Position numbers and translations under genes: made by a program. DNA of 64,000 nt, taken from IMG/VR virus record IMGVR_UViG_3300021085_002380, one strand, 5' to 3'. Below, in pieces: positions 17,957 through 28,612 of the stretch (positions are counted from its first letter, which is position 1; every line of letters starts with the position of its first letter). The notes beneath the pieces are model-generated. The model had not been told where the DNA came from. It worked only from the letters and a program-made list of their open reading frames with translations, and ran no database searches. The DNA comes from a virus.

Positions 17957-18562
17957 CTACTTTATTCCTTTTACAAAATATTGGCTATATTCCCTACGCC
18001 CAAGGTCATCCTCGTATAGGAAAGTCATTTTGTTTGTATCAATAACCTTTGAAAGACCAGCTTGCTCTATAAGATCATCGCACGATCTTATCAAGTTAAT
18101 ATGACCACGTTTAGTTAAATCGCATCCGCTCAATACGCATAATTTATTATTTGGTATTACCTTTTTCATATGGTAACTATGTTCACAGCTTGTATTGATA
18201 TAGACGTCTGCCTCAGGAATGTTCTTATAATCAAAAGTAACATCCATCATCATATGGCACCAAGGCCCTTCAGTGTTAGTAAGATTAGAAATTTCTTCTG
18301 TAATAGGATCCATGTCTATTAACCTGGTGTATGTTGCGCCTTTTTCTATACAAAAAGATAATGCATAGGCACCAAGGCCAGAGTTTAAAATGTTTACTTG
18401 TTTTCCAGAAACGTCAGCATTGTCTATACACCATTTCTGTATTTCATATTCTGAAACAGAAACTTGCTCGCGCATAGTATCATAAAACCACGGAAAGTCG
18501 TGCTGCCAAAGGTGAAGGTCATGCAAACGCGAAATACGTTCAGCTTCAGGTTCTTTAGTCAT
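17957..18562 (-). CDS. Class I SAM methyltransferase-like protein (INTSCEH type)
   Basis: ILNSGLG, LIDMDP and YINTSCEH; paralog of 23700-24368. Confidence 0.6.
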   Translation of the reverse strand: MTKEPEAERISRLHDLHLWQHDFPWFYDTMREQVSVSEYEIQKWCIDNADVSGKQVNILNSGLGAYALSFCIEKGATYTRLIDMDPITEEISNLTNTEGPWCHMMMDVTFDYKNIPEADVYINTSCEHSYHMKKVIPNNKLCVLSGCDLTKRGHINLIRSCDDLIEQAGLSKVIDTNKMTFLYEDDLGRREYSQYFVKGIK

Positions 18563-19292
18563 CTACGTATTGCCGTTTTTCATCGTGTGTTAAACCTTCA
18601 AGCATATTAATAATTCCTAGCTTATCGTTTTCTTTTAGTTTACGCTGAGTTGTAACTATACCTTCATCATAGTGCTGAAAATGGTTTCTTCTATTGCTAT
18701 AACTATACGGACCAAATTGATGAAACATAAAAGTGTCCATAGAAGGATAAGTAAAAAAGCACTCGTCTAAATTATTTGAAACAAAATCATATATTGGTTT
18801 ATTTTGTCCTGGCTTCCATACCATTACTGAACTGTTGAATAAAGGGCAGCGTGTGATATGGTATTGCCGTTTCCATTCTTCGCCATCATTACCTTCGTAC
18901 CAATAGTTACGAACTAAATATGGTTTTTCATTATTGAGTTCTTCAAAGAAATATGCAAGATCGCCGAGGATGTTTGTATCTAAATCTAAATACAGTAACG
19001 TATCTTCAGGATTAAACTTTTTATCAGCTTCAAACATAGTAAGTTTTCTGAAGTGTGGTATTCCGCCGAAGTCATCTCTGTGATAGCCATTTTGCGTTGT
19101 TTCAACTCTATGGGTTTGCTCCTTTGAAGCTCGGTAGTGTTTAGATTTATAATGATCCCAGGAGTCATCTAGGTTGTCAAAGCATTCAAACTCAAAATCA
19201 ACACTGCAGTTTCGTTTAGCATTCTTGTATAAAGAAGTTACATCATCTTCTGTATATAAGTTTCCCCATTTTGCGCATACGATTCTAAACAT
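18555..19292 (-). CDS. GT-A glycosyltransferase
   Basis: KWGNLY, LYLDLD (DxD) and FNSSVMVW; paralog of 24343-24960. Confidence 0.75.
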   Translation of the reverse strand: MFRIVCAKWGNLYTEDDVTSLYKNAKRNCSVDFEFECFDNLDDSWDHYKSKHYRASKEQTHRVETTQNGYHRDDFGGIPHFRKLTMFEADKKFNPEDTLLYLDLDTNILGDLAYFFEELNNEKPYLVRNYWYEGNDGEEWKRQYHITRCPLFNSSVMVWKPGQNKPIYDFVSNNLDECFFTYPSMDTFMFHQFGPYSYSNRRNHFQHYDEGIVTTQRKLKENDKLGIINMLEGLTHDEKRQYVDD

Positions 19293-19995
19293 CTATATGC
19301 TTCAACACGTATTCAAGTTTTTCAGATTTCTTTTTTCCGTATAAATGCCAAAAGCCAGCCTTTTTATCTTCATTAGTCCAAGGCCTGTCTGTAATGTCGT
19401 CTAAAATATGGTTGTAATAAAACGAAAGCCTTTCTGGTTGTATATTGTTTTCGTTTAACCAATCGCCAACAGTAAGCATATTAGGATGCATTTGAATAGG
19501 TTCATCGTGTACAATATAATTCTTAAAACGGTTAAAGAGGTATTCGCCGAGATCCATGGCGGCCGACTTTGTCATTACTTGAACGCCTCCGTATATAGCC
19601 TTAAATGTTTTTGGATCTTTGCCTCTTTTTCTTAAGTCTTCTTCTTTCCATGGAGCTCCGGCGATATATTTTGTTTCAGGAAAAGGTGCAGCATTTTGTG
19701 TAACATAAAAGTCAGAGTCAGGGAACACAAAAAAATCTATATCTTCATCTTTATGTTTAAGAGCTGCAAGGTATTGGTGATATAAATTACCATGCTCATC
19801 GCCGTATTTTTCATTGGCCATTTCTATAATTTCAAGCTGTTCCTTATAAACAACATGTTTATAGTTATGTCTTTTACAATATCTAGCATAAGATGGTATA
19901 AGAACATTATCATAAAGTTCTGTTAAACTTTCGTTAGGCTCAAGACCAAGCCAAGTACCTGTACCAATAAAAGATTGTATAACAATATATTTCAT
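19285..19995 (-). CDS. Glycosyltransferase-like protein (GT-A)
   Basis: YC.RHNY.H, FPDSDF (DxD), YGGVQV and WHLYG. Confidence 0.6.
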   Translation of the reverse strand: MKYIVIQSFIGTGTWLGLEPNESLTELYDNVLIPSYARYCKRHNYKHVVYKEQLEIIEMANEKYGDEHGNLYHQYLAALKHKDEDIDFFVFPDSDFYVTQNAAPFPETKYIAGAPWKEEDLRKRGKDPKTFKAIYGGVQVMTKSAAMDLGEYLFNRFKNYIVHDEPIQMHPNMLTVGDWLNENNIQPERLSFYYNHILDDITDRPWTNEDKKAGFWHLYGKKKSEKLEYVLKHIDV

Positions 19996-20730
19996 TTAGC
20001 CTAAACCCAATCTATTCATTTCATCGAGAGCGTCTTGTCGTATAGCTCTTAAAATTATACCTCTTCGAACTACATCAGATTTGTTTGGCATAACACTATG
20101 TAATGTGTTTCCATAAAAGCACATAAATCTTCCTAGCTCAATTGTTTCTTGTATGCAGTTATCTTCAAAAAATCTATCATAAGGACTTGGTTCACTATCA
20201 GGCCTTAACATATCTTTTGGATTGTATTTGTATTTATGAGTGCCTGGAACATATCCAGTAGATCCGTTTTCCGGAGTAAATTCTATAAGTGGTACCATAA
20301 ACGTAATACTTAGCGGACCTTCTTGTAAATAATTATCCATTCTCAATTCTGGCATTTGTGGCCAAACATAAGGAGCATCTAAATGAATTCTTACAGGACA
20401 TTCATGTTTACAATTGGATATGATATAACGATTAGTTAGCTGCCATCCCCAAGACGTTTTAAACACTTCGTTACAAACATTTTCTAATGCTGGGAATATA
20501 GTATTATTGATGTAAGTATTATCTTCAGGAATTTGAGACCAATAATAAGCCCAGTCAGGATTTACTATATCTTTTACTTTATCGTTATTGATCCAATCAA
20601 AGTTTTGAAGCATTCCAACAAAAGGAGATAGATTACCTGCAATATCATTCAAGGAAAGGATTTTGGTTTCGTCAAATACCTTTCCTGAAATGGCAAAGCC
20701 ATCATCTTTTAAATCAAATAAGTTTACCAT
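19996..20730 (-). CDS. PhyH-family 2OG-Fe(II) dioxygenase
   Basis: HLDAPY (HxD), ENGSTGYVPGTH and LHSVMPN.S..R. Confidence 0.85.
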   Translation of the reverse strand: MVNLFDLKDDGFAISGKVFDETKILSLNDIAGNLSPFVGMLQNFDWINNDKVKDIVNPDWAYYWSQIPEDNTYINNTIFPALENVCNEVFKTSWGWQLTNRYIISNCKHECPVRIHLDAPYVWPQMPELRMDNYLQEGPLSITFMVPLIEFTPENGSTGYVPGTHKYKYNPKDMLRPDSEPSPYDRFFEDNCIQETIELGRFMCFYGNTLHSVMPNKSDVVRRGIILRAIRQDALDEMNRLGLG

Positions 20731-21278
20731 TTTACTATATAATAATTTTCGTTGAGTGGTTCTATTATTGGATTGTATTCTTTGAGCTCAAACTGCAATT
20801 GTTCTTTTGTGTAGAAGTAGCAGTTTTCATCAAAGCCATCTTTATACCATTCGCCATAAAATACAAAGAATGCGTGGTTGGCATTAAACGCTTTATAATG
20901 GTCTAACAGTTTAGGCAATCCAATATAGTTAGGTGTACCAAACATACTAACTAATACATTACACTCATTGTCAATTGGTTTACTGCAATCCGCTAATTCA
21001 AATTTATAGTCTGGATACTTTTTCTTAGCGTTATTTAACATACCTTCTGATATGTCATATCCTACAAAATAACTTGGGTGAGGCATATTCAAAATAGGAA
21101 TATCTTGTCCTGATCCAACACCTAAAGAAATAATCTTGCCAGGAGATTTTCTTTTCATCCAAAATTTATGAGCATCGTATTCGTCTTTCATGTATGGATT
21201 TGTTTCCCATCCACCTTCTACATATTTTTGTTCGTACCACGCTGAAGCTTCGTCATACTTATCTTTTAAAGTTACCAT
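20724..21278 (-). CDS. Class I SAM-dependent methyltransferase
   Basis: SLGVGSG, GYDISEGML and ADC. Confidence 0.85.
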   Translation of the reverse strand: MVTLKDKYDEASAWYEQKYVEGGWETNPYMKDEYDAHKFWMKRKSPGKIISLGVGSGQDIPILNMPHPSYFVGYDISEGMLNNAKKKYPDYKFELADCSKPIDNECNVLVSMFGTPNYIGLPKLLDHYKAFNANHAFFVFYGEWYKDGFDENCYFYTKEQLQFELKEYNPIIEPLNENYYIVKW

Positions 21279-21952
21279 CCTATATCACCATATTTCATTA
21301 TTGCATCGTCTGTCATTTCGTCAAGTGTTGTGCCTTGCTCGTTATCTAATTGTTTATATCCCCATTCTAATTCTCTACATCCCATACAGTCTTCGCAAGG
21401 AGTATCAGCACTAATGTTACAAGAGATAGTATGGTTTAAAATAGAATCAAAGTTACCTCTTCTAGCTAAATCAATTATATGATATTTTTCAATATGCTCA
21501 AAAGGATTTTTAAGAAAAGAGTCGTTCGTTAACCAGGGTCTTTTAGCAATACCTCTTTGCTCAGGATTCCATCTTGGAAACCATTGAGGATGCGGTGTTA
21601 ATATATTACCACAATAAAGTTCTTCGCAATCTGTATTATCTCGTATTTCCTGAAAAGCTCTACAGAGTCTAGGATAATGAGATGTCATAGGCCAGTGCCA
21701 ACGGCTTTGACCAACTATTTCCAACTCTGTTGAAACGTTTAATTTTTTAAGAATGTTTTCTATTAGTGGTTTGTGAGGATCTTCGCTAGTTTGAACATTA
21801 AATATTCTTATCTTTGTATCCGGAAAGTTATCCGTTAATAATTTAAAAAGAGTGGTACTATCAGCGCCAGAGGACATTAGAACACCGATCTTTTTAGCTG
21901 GGGATAAATTTACAATCCTTTCATCCCACTGCGGTCCACACACAAATTTCAT
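21272..21952 (-). CDS. QueC-like PP-loop ATPase
   Basis: SSGADS PP-loop; PF....K; TISC...PCEDCMGC Zn site. Confidence 0.75.
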   Translation of the reverse strand: MKFVCGPQWDERIVNLSPAKKIGVLMSSGADSTTLFKLLTDNFPDTKIRIFNVQTSEDPHKPLIENILKKLNVSTELEIVGQSRWHWPMTSHYPRLCRAFQEIRDNTDCEELYCGNILTPHPQWFPRWNPEQRGIAKRPWLTNDSFLKNPFEHIEKYHIIDLARRGNFDSILNHTISCNISADTPCEDCMGCRELEWGYKQLDNEQGTTLDEMTDDAIMKYGDIGW

Positions 21953-21954
21953 AA

Positions 21955-23703
21955 TTATGCCTCGTCAAATACTAATTCAAAGTTTTTCGATATAAGATGA
22001 ACCATTATCACGCCTTCAACACCTATTTCTGTTTCCAATTCTCGTTTTGCCATTCCATGCTCTTTGGTACCATGCGTAAACGCTTTTAAGTTTCTATATA
22101 GATGTTTATGATGCCACCTTTTTGGTAATGGAAACAACTTAACTTTATTCTTTTTGGTTTTGTATGCCATGATAGTTTCGTTATCGTACCCAAAGGCAGA
22201 TTGGATTTGTGGGAGATACATTGAAAACTCGTCCTCTTTCAGATCCTTCATCATTTGGATTACATCGTCAATATCACTAAAGTAATCTATTTGTTCCATA
22301 ACAGCGCGGCTTGCAACCATAATACCAGTGTTAAAAATGTATTGGTCAGATTCGTAACCTTCTTCTTCAAGCATAGCATGAGCATTCCAAAATTTACTAT
22401 GCGGACTCCTAAAATCAAAGTTATACCATTTGTAATAGTCGTTACTTGCTTTGCGAACTCCTGCGTTCCGAGCTGTTTGAACTTGACAACAAAAAGTTGT
22501 ACTCGCCGGTACGTAATCAAAGATACTATGCGGTTTTGTAAAATAAACATCGAGATCAACATATAAGACCAAATCATAATCATATGTCAGTTTATCAAGT
22601 AGCCAAACTTTATATAGATTAATTACATCATATTCCGAAAGGTCAGGGAACTTACTCAAAAACTCTTCGTATTGTTCATCACGTTTAAAATGAATGTATT
22701 TTGAACCAATTTCCTTTGCATACCATTCATGGTTTTCAATTAACCTATCTTTATATTGCGCCAGACGATCTTTAGTTCTTTTGCTTTTATTTACATCGTC
22801 ATCAGGCGGGCCAACTGGGTCGTCAAGCTTATCATCAGGAATATCTATATGGATTGAATAGATAGCTGTTGTCTTATCTTTAAAAAACGCGTTGAACTTT
22901 TTATTGATAAAGTGAATTATATTTACATCTTTTATTTTAGTATCGTTAGGTCTGTGATCCACGATCCAATGCCACTTATCGTCCATAATTTGATATGGTA
23001 CTTTGTATTTTTCAAGGATATAGGAAAAGATAGACTCGTTGTTAGCATAATAGTTTATTCTTAAGTATGCTAATTGTCTATGGTCTTTATTGTCAGGATC
23101 TTCAGGTTCGTAAAGTCTAATGTCTTGTATTTTGGCATAAGCTTCTTGCATTCTTTCGACATATTTAATTTGTTTAATATGCTCGCTTTTACCAATCATA
23201 ATACCAGTGTTTATAACATGGTTATCTCCACCATCCAAAAGGTCTTTTGTAATATGATATTTTAGAGTTGGGTTGCGCATTCCAACAGAAGAATATAAAA
23301 CATCATTAACTTCTTTTGATTGGATTTCATCATCCATATCTTTAATCGCAATACCTTTTGACAAATCCAATTCGTCAAATACATTTAGGTCTGTATTAAA
23401 TACCACATCCATGTCAACATACATAACTTCATCGTATTCTTCTGCAAGCTTAGCAAACAAGTGGTGTTTATACAAGTTAACCTTTGTAAATTGCATTTCG
23501 TTTTTAACGTCAAAATCTTTTATTTCATTACGATAAAAAATCCAATCAGCACCGATCTTTTCGCAGTACTCTTTTTTGTTTTTAACTAATCTATCAAAGT
23601 ACTCTTCTACTGACTGTTCGTTTGCCATAAAAATCCAATGGCGTTCCTCGTCATTAACCATGTCGTCAATTTCATCGTAACAACTAAAAATTACTCTTTT
23701 CAT
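21955..23703 (-). CDS. Two-domain glycosyltransferase (internal duplication)
   Basis: Both halves carry NLYK, YVD(M/L)DV, NTGIM and NE(S/T)I. Confidence 0.75.
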   Translation of the reverse strand: MKRVIFSCYDEIDDMVNDEERHWIFMANEQSVEEYFDRLVKNKKEYCEKIGADWIFYRNEIKDFDVKNEMQFTKVNLYKHHLFAKLAEEYDEVMYVDMDVVFNTDLNVFDELDLSKGIAIKDMDDEIQSKEVNDVLYSSVGMRNPTLKYHITKDLLDGGDNHVINTGIMIGKSEHIKQIKYVERMQEAYAKIQDIRLYEPEDPDNKDHRQLAYLRINYYANNESIFSYILEKYKVPYQIMDDKWHWIVDHRPNDTKIKDVNIIHFINKKFNAFFKDKTTAIYSIHIDIPDDKLDDPVGPPDDDVNKSKRTKDRLAQYKDRLIENHEWYAKEIGSKYIHFKRDEQYEEFLSKFPDLSEYDVINLYKVWLLDKLTYDYDLVLYVDLDVYFTKPHSIFDYVPASTTFCCQVQTARNAGVRKASNDYYKWYNFDFRSPHSKFWNAHAMLEEEGYESDQYIFNTGIMVASRAVMEQIDYFSDIDDVIQMMKDLKEDEFSMYLPQIQSAFGYDNETIMAYKTKKNKVKLFPLPKRWHHKHLYRNLKAFTHGTKEHGMAKRELETEIGVEGVIMVHLISKNFELVFDEA

Positions 23704-24368
23704 TTTCCAATTACCATATATTGCGTATAATCTTCAGCCGGTTTCAATTCGCCTTTCCAATATACTGCGTTTAAATTTAATTCTTCTACAAACGAGTCTA
23801 AGCTATCATGAGTATTAATATGACCAGGTTCTGTGTGATAGTTATTGCTTTGAAAACATATTAAAGTGTTATAAGGTTTTTGCCTTAATACTAATTGAAT
23901 ATCATCCTTTTCCATATGCTCGCAACTTGTATTGATAATGAGCTGAAAATGATCTGTCTTTTCAAAATAGTATTCCATTGCGTCATCAGTAATAGGCCAA
24001 ATGTTTTCGTACTCGCCGTCGATTAGTTTATAACTGACCGTTTCACACAGTGGATCAGAGTCTACATTGTGTATTTTAATATCAGGACTTATATGATTTT
24101 TTAATATTATTCCTACAGTACCATACCAACTATCCATAACTAAAATGTCATTTAGTTTACCGTCAGTGTCAGGCCAAAATCTTTCTTTATTAATAAACGG
24201 AAGGAGGTTATGAACAAGCCATTCTTTGCTTTCTAGTTGCACGTCGTTAACAGCGTTCATGACATCAAAGCTTCTATAAAGATCCTCGGACGGATCATAC
24301 TTGCTTTGTTGATATATTTCTTCTATTATTTTAAGTGCATTTTTATAAAGATTTTGTCGGTAACTCAT
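23700..24368 (-). CDS. Class I SAM methyltransferase-like protein (INTSCEH type)
   Basis: SKEWL, SWYG, VDSDP, IINTSCEHM and QSNNY. Confidence 0.65.
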   Translation of the reverse strand: MSYRQNLYKNALKIIEEIYQQSKYDPSEDLYRSFDVMNAVNDVQLESKEWLVHNLLPFINKERFWPDTDGKLNDILVMDSWYGTVGIILKNHISPDIKIHNVDSDPLCETVSYKLIDGEYENIWPITDDAMEYYFEKTDHFQLIINTSCEHMEKDDIQLVLRQKPYNTLICFQSNNYHTEPGHINTHDSLDSFVEELNLNAVYWKGELKPAEDYTQYMVIGK

Positions 24369-24960
24369 ATTTCAATCCATTATACATATCAATTGGCGCA
24401 TCCCATTCCGCCGGGGTTTTAACACTACTTACAATACCGTTTGTAAATGTATTATGCGGTATTTTTTCGTGAACTAAAAATCTATCTATACCTTTATACT
24501 TACGCATAAAATAATCTTTGTTGGACATAAAGTGATCCCATACATGGTTCTGTTCACCAGCTATCCATGTAATTACAGAACTATTTATATGTACATCGTA
24601 GGCGTGTGGTGCCATGTACAAATCGTTTTTCCAATAGTCTCTGATTATCGTCAAGCCGTCCCACTTGATAAACTCAGAAGGATCTCTCTTAATATCCATA
24701 TCTAAATCAAAGAAAAGACATTTGCCTGTAACTGGAAAGTCTTCACTAAACATAGCTAGCTTGTTCCACCAATACTTTAACGATGGTTTGTTAAAACAAG
24801 GTATGAATGGAATATTTAAACCTGCAGGAAATTCTGTATAGCAATAATAATTAGCATTAGGATAAAACTCTTTCAGCTGTGTATGCAGCCTATTCACATG
24901 TTCAGTGTGATACTTATTTCCATGCTTTACAAATATAATATTCATTTTAATTTTCCACAT
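24343..24960 (-). CDS. GT-A glycosyltransferase
   Basis: KHGNKY, WWNKL, FFDLD, INSSVITW and GIDRF. Confidence 0.75.
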   Translation of the reverse strand: MWKIKMNIIFVKHGNKYHTEHVNRLHTQLKEFYPNANYYCYTEFPAGLNIPFIPCFNKPSLKYWWNKLAMFSEDFPVTGKCLFFDLDMDIKRDPSEFIKWDGLTIIRDYWKNDLYMAPHAYDVHINSSVITWIAGEQNHVWDHFMSNKDYFMRKYKGIDRFLVHEKIPHNTFTNGIVSSVKTPAEWDAPIDMYNGLKYELPTKSL

Positions 24961-26114
24961 ACCTTAACACAAGCGTGACAAGCTGTTTCAGGAGTTTCCC
25001 AATGTTCAGGTAACTTTTGTTTGAACCACGTTGATTCCATTATATCATAGATACTACTATAATGTAAATTAAAATCTTTCCAATTATCAATATATTCTTG
25101 CATTAATGGATGTTTGGGGTCAGCATACTTTCCAGTTGACGTAATCATATATTGAGTGTTTTCACCTTTTAAATATAATGCTGCTCGTTCTAACGATGTC
25201 GAAAGATAACAACATGGTGATACCATACCACTTGCTTGTACTTTAATGTTGTTTTCGCCAATAGCTAAACAATTTATTTCGTATTCTTTCTTTTTTTGTT
25301 TGACAGGCTCAGCTACCTGTGGTATAATAGGTTTATCCTCAATAGGTAATAATTTAGATTGATTTGATTTAATATTAGTAACAATATCTTTATGTCTATG
25401 ATCACGTACTCTGCGTGTCCTACGTTCCAATCCTTGTTCTCTATCTTGTCGTGTAACTTGTTCTAATGTTTCTGTTTTACCATCTTCATTTAAGAATTCA
25501 TAAACAGAACCTAACTGAAAGTTATTTCCTTCAACTTCATCAAACTTAATTGGTCTTTGAGCACGTTCGTTAACCATATTACGAATATCTTCGAGATAGT
25601 CTTGATTGTGTTTAAATAAAACAGTAAGTACTTTGATATTTGCATCAGTACCTGAGGTTACTTCTATTGCGTCCAATACTTTATTGAGATCGGATCCTCG
25701 GCGATAAAAGCTATGCATTTCTTGGTCAATACCGTCAACATCAAATATAAGTTGAAGTCTTGAACCACCCCAAGCCGCAAGGTTAAACCAAAACTCTTCA
25801 TCTCTCATAGATCCATTTGTATTTATAGAAATACGGCAAGTACCTTCTAACGCAAGATACTTAACAATATCCATTAGATCTTTACACATCCCAGGATCAC
25901 CATAAGTTCCTGAAAAATGAATACACCCAATTGACTGTATAATAGTTGGAGGAAACCACTTCATAAAATCTTTTAAACTGACAGACGTAAGCGGTAACCA
26001 CTCCATCTTATTTAAATTATTTCTATGATCTGTCCTTGAACATTGCGGACATTTAAGATTACAATGAGTAGTAAGTTCAACGTCAAATGTTAAGTTATGC
26101 CATCTCCACGTCAT
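24942..26114 (-). CDS. Radical SAM protein with C-terminal SPASM/twitch domain
   Basis: CNLKCPQC, GTYGDP and TNGS; C-term C...PCCY...CVKVC. Confidence 0.9.
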   Translation of the reverse strand: MTWRWHNLTFDVELTTHCNLKCPQCSRTDHRNNLNKMEWLPLTSVSLKDFMKWFPPTIIQSIGCIHFSGTYGDPGMCKDLMDIVKYLALEGTCRISINTNGSMRDEEFWFNLAAWGGSRLQLIFDVDGIDQEMHSFYRRGSDLNKVLDAIEVTSGTDANIKVLTVLFKHNQDYLEDIRNMVNERAQRPIKFDEVEGNNFQLGSVYEFLNEDGKTETLEQVTRQDREQGLERRTRRVRDHRHKDIVTNIKSNQSKLLPIEDKPIIPQVAEPVKQKKKEYEINCLAIGENNIKVQASGMVSPCCYLSTSLERAALYLKGENTQYMITSTGKYADPKHPLMQEYIDNWKDFNLHYSSIYDIMESTWFKQKLPEHWETPETACHACVKVCGKLK

Positions 26115-27193
26115 GTGATTTCTATATCTGTGTATTTAGTCATTCTAGATCCTTCATATGAATCCAAGCACCAATTTTCAATTTGACTAATTAAGTGCTC
26201 TGCTATGCCGTAGTTTCTTAAATTACTATGTTTAATTTTTTTTAATTCTAATTGCAAGTAATCAATTATTTCAACTAATTCTTTTGGAGGCATATGCTTT
26301 ATAGATAAATGTTTTGGATAAAGAATAGTATTAAACCAAAGATTGCATTTGTGCTTATCAGTGAACTTAACAAATTCTATCATTTCATCCCAATTATTAT
26401 TCATAGGGTTAACCATAATAGATAAGCTTCGTTTATTTGTATGGCAATAATTTTTAAATATATCAAAATATTTCATAAGTGTATTAAAGTTACCATTTAC
26501 TCTTATTTCTTCATATCGTTCTGGAATTAAACTATCAATACTAATATTTAAATGGATATTACATTTATCAAGTATTCCTTGAACTCTTTTATTATAAACA
26601 GTACCATTGGTTGCGATATTAACTTTAAGCTCTGGTTTAATTTCAGCTACAACATCAAGTAAATCTAATAATATTTTTTGAGCAAAGGGTTCACCGCCAT
26701 TTACTCTTAATTCAGTAAGGTGTGGAATAAACTCTCGCATTTGTTCTAAAAACGAATCATCAAATATTTGTGGTAATGGTGGAAGCTTATCTCTATTTTT
26801 TCTAATGCCGGAACTTAAATTGCCATCGCACATAATGCATTCAAGATTACATTGATTACTTAATTCAATTTCCATAAGAGACGGCATAGTATTTACTGGA
26901 AACTTTTCATATGCTTTCGCCAATGGCCAGACATTGTTATCAATATCTTTTTTGCATTCTACACATCTATTTAAAAACTTGTTTTGCTTTAATGCTGTGC
27001 GGTACTTTTCAAAATGTTCGCCTGTCCATATATCCATTAAAGATCTATCTTTACTCCACTGGTCGCAGGCACCAGGAAGCTTCCAGCAAGGAGAAACATT
27101 TCCTTGGAGTGTGATATACATATTATTGAATGGCGCGTTGCAGGGTATATCCTGCCCGTATAATTTTTTCACCATAACATTATCTCCGCCCAC
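26111..27193 (-). CDS. Radical SAM protein with N-terminal twitch/SPASM-like domain
   Basis: CNAPF..VSPC..CVEC, then CNLECIMC, GGEPF, TNGT and ISID. Confidence 0.9.
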   Translation of the reverse strand: MGGDNVMVKKLYGQDIPCNAPFNNMYITLQGNVSPCWKLPGACDQWSKDRSLMDIWTGEHFEKYRTALKQNKFLNRCVECKKDIDNNVWPLAKAYEKFPVNTMPSLMEIELSNQCNLECIMCDGNLSSGIRKNRDKLPPLPQIFDDSFLEQMREFIPHLTELRVNGGEPFAQKILLDLLDVVAEIKPELKVNIATNGTVYNKRVQGILDKCNIHLNISIDSLIPERYEEIRVNGNFNTLMKYFDIFKNYCHTNKRSLSIMVNPMNNNWDEMIEFVKFTDKHKCNLWFNTILYPKHLSIKHMPPKELVEIIDYLQLELKKIKHSNLRNYGIAEHLISQIENWCLDSYEGSRMTKYTDIEIT

Positions 27194-28272
27194 TCTTTAA
27201 ACGAATCATTAAAAGATTCATTTCTGATTTTATCTAATTTGATAGTTTCGTTATGAAATTGTAAAAGTGCGTTATCGCGTTCAACATTCATAAACTTTGT
27301 TATTGTTTCATATTTATTACCGAATTTTTCATTGACTTCTCTTTTAGCATCGTTAGACAAGTATTGAACTGATAAGTATTTTGGTTCATGTAATAATCCG
27401 TTAGATACAGCTATTTTGTTGTTATTACACCATTCATCTAACTCGTTTAAATAATAAATGTTGAAATTATTAACAGTTCTATAAACCAAAATACAAAACT
27501 TAGGATAGTTTTTAACCATATTAAATATATTGTCTTGTATAAGATTCCATTTAGAATTACCACGCTGGTACTCTAATCTATCTCCAATATCATCTACACT
27601 TAACGCTATAGTTACTTTCTTAAACTTCTTCATTTTATCCATCAAGGCTGGAACATAGAACATGCCGTTTGTAGTAATGTTAAGATGTATATTTTTAGCG
27701 TATTCACTAGATGAAATTAGGTCTATTAATTTTTTATTTTCAGCGCTAAAGAAAGGTTCACCACCAGTTAACTCAAGATATACCATGTTAGGAAGCCATT
27801 CTTCAAAGAATAGTCTTTCATTATCTGTATCAATTATTTTGTTTGATAACCAATACGGATTTTGCATGTTTCGTTCTTTTGCAATTGAACTTGACGCGGT
27901 TGCGCTGCACATCCTACACTTTAAATTACACACGTTTGAAAGTTTCAAGTCAAACATTCGAGGAGAAGAAGTGGTTATATCATAATTAGCGTGAGCGTCA
28001 CGCTCTGCAAACATTTGCCTAAAACTGTGTATACCGACATCTTCTTCTTTCCAACACCAAGAGCATTCTTCTGGCTCTTCGCCGTTTATAAAAGCTTGCC
28101 GCAAGGCCTGCATTTCAGCGCCGTTATACAACTCAACTAACGTGCCATCTTGCATCCAAGGCATTTTATGTTTTGTTTGTCGGTCAGGCTGTTCATATCT
28201 GCAGCACGGTCTGATAGATCCATTTACATCAGTAGACAAATTAATCCAAGGAGCTGTGCAAAATCTACCCAT
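27169..28272 (-). CDS. Radical SAM protein with N-terminal twitch domain
   Basis: CTAPW..RPCC..CSWC, then CNLKCRMC, GGEPF and TTNG. Confidence 0.9.
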   Translation of the reverse strand: MGRFCTAPWINLSTDVNGSIRPCCRYEQPDRQTKHKMPWMQDGTLVELYNGAEMQALRQAFINGEEPEECSWCWKEEDVGIHSFRQMFAERDAHANYDITTSSPRMFDLKLSNVCNLKCRMCSATASSSIAKERNMQNPYWLSNKIIDTDNERLFFEEWLPNMVYLELTGGEPFFSAENKKLIDLISSSEYAKNIHLNITTNGMFYVPALMDKMKKFKKVTIALSVDDIGDRLEYQRGNSKWNLIQDNIFNMVKNYPKFCILVYRTVNNFNIYYLNELDEWCNNNKIAVSNGLLHEPKYLSVQYLSNDAKREVNEKFGNKYETITKFMNVERDNALLQFHNETIKLDKIRNESFNDSFKEWAEIMLW

Positions 28273-28612
28273 CTAATTTTTTTGAACACTGTATCATACA
28301 CAATCTATGCGGGCGGTCACTATCCCAAGATTCTGGAAGAGTTTTTGTATACCATTTATGATTTAATATTTCTTCTATAGAATTAGTTTCTAAGTTTAAA
28401 TCTTTTTCATTCTCGTAATAAGACTTCATAAGAGGATGAACAACATCATCAACACCTTTAGCTATTAAGTCTGGATCATTGTTTTGATGCTTTACTTTAC
28501 CCTTGTAACCAGTATTACCTAGATAACAACACGGAAAAACTTGCTTATCTGGATTGATGAGAATTTTATTCATAAGCATCCATTCACACTTTATACTATT
28601 TTTATTTTGCAT
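28265..28612 (-). CDS. Stand-alone SPASM/twitch domain protein
   Basis: IKC...VFPCCYL...CMIQC aligns by eye to the C-terminus of 24942-26114; GAGGA RBS before the ATG at 28612. Confidence 0.75.
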   Translation of the reverse strand: MQNKNSIKCEWMLMNKILINPDKQVFPCCYLGNTGYKGKVKHQNNDPDLIAKGVDDVVHPLMKSYYENEKDLNLETNSIEEILNHKWYTKTLPESWDSDRPHRLCMIQCSKKLDG

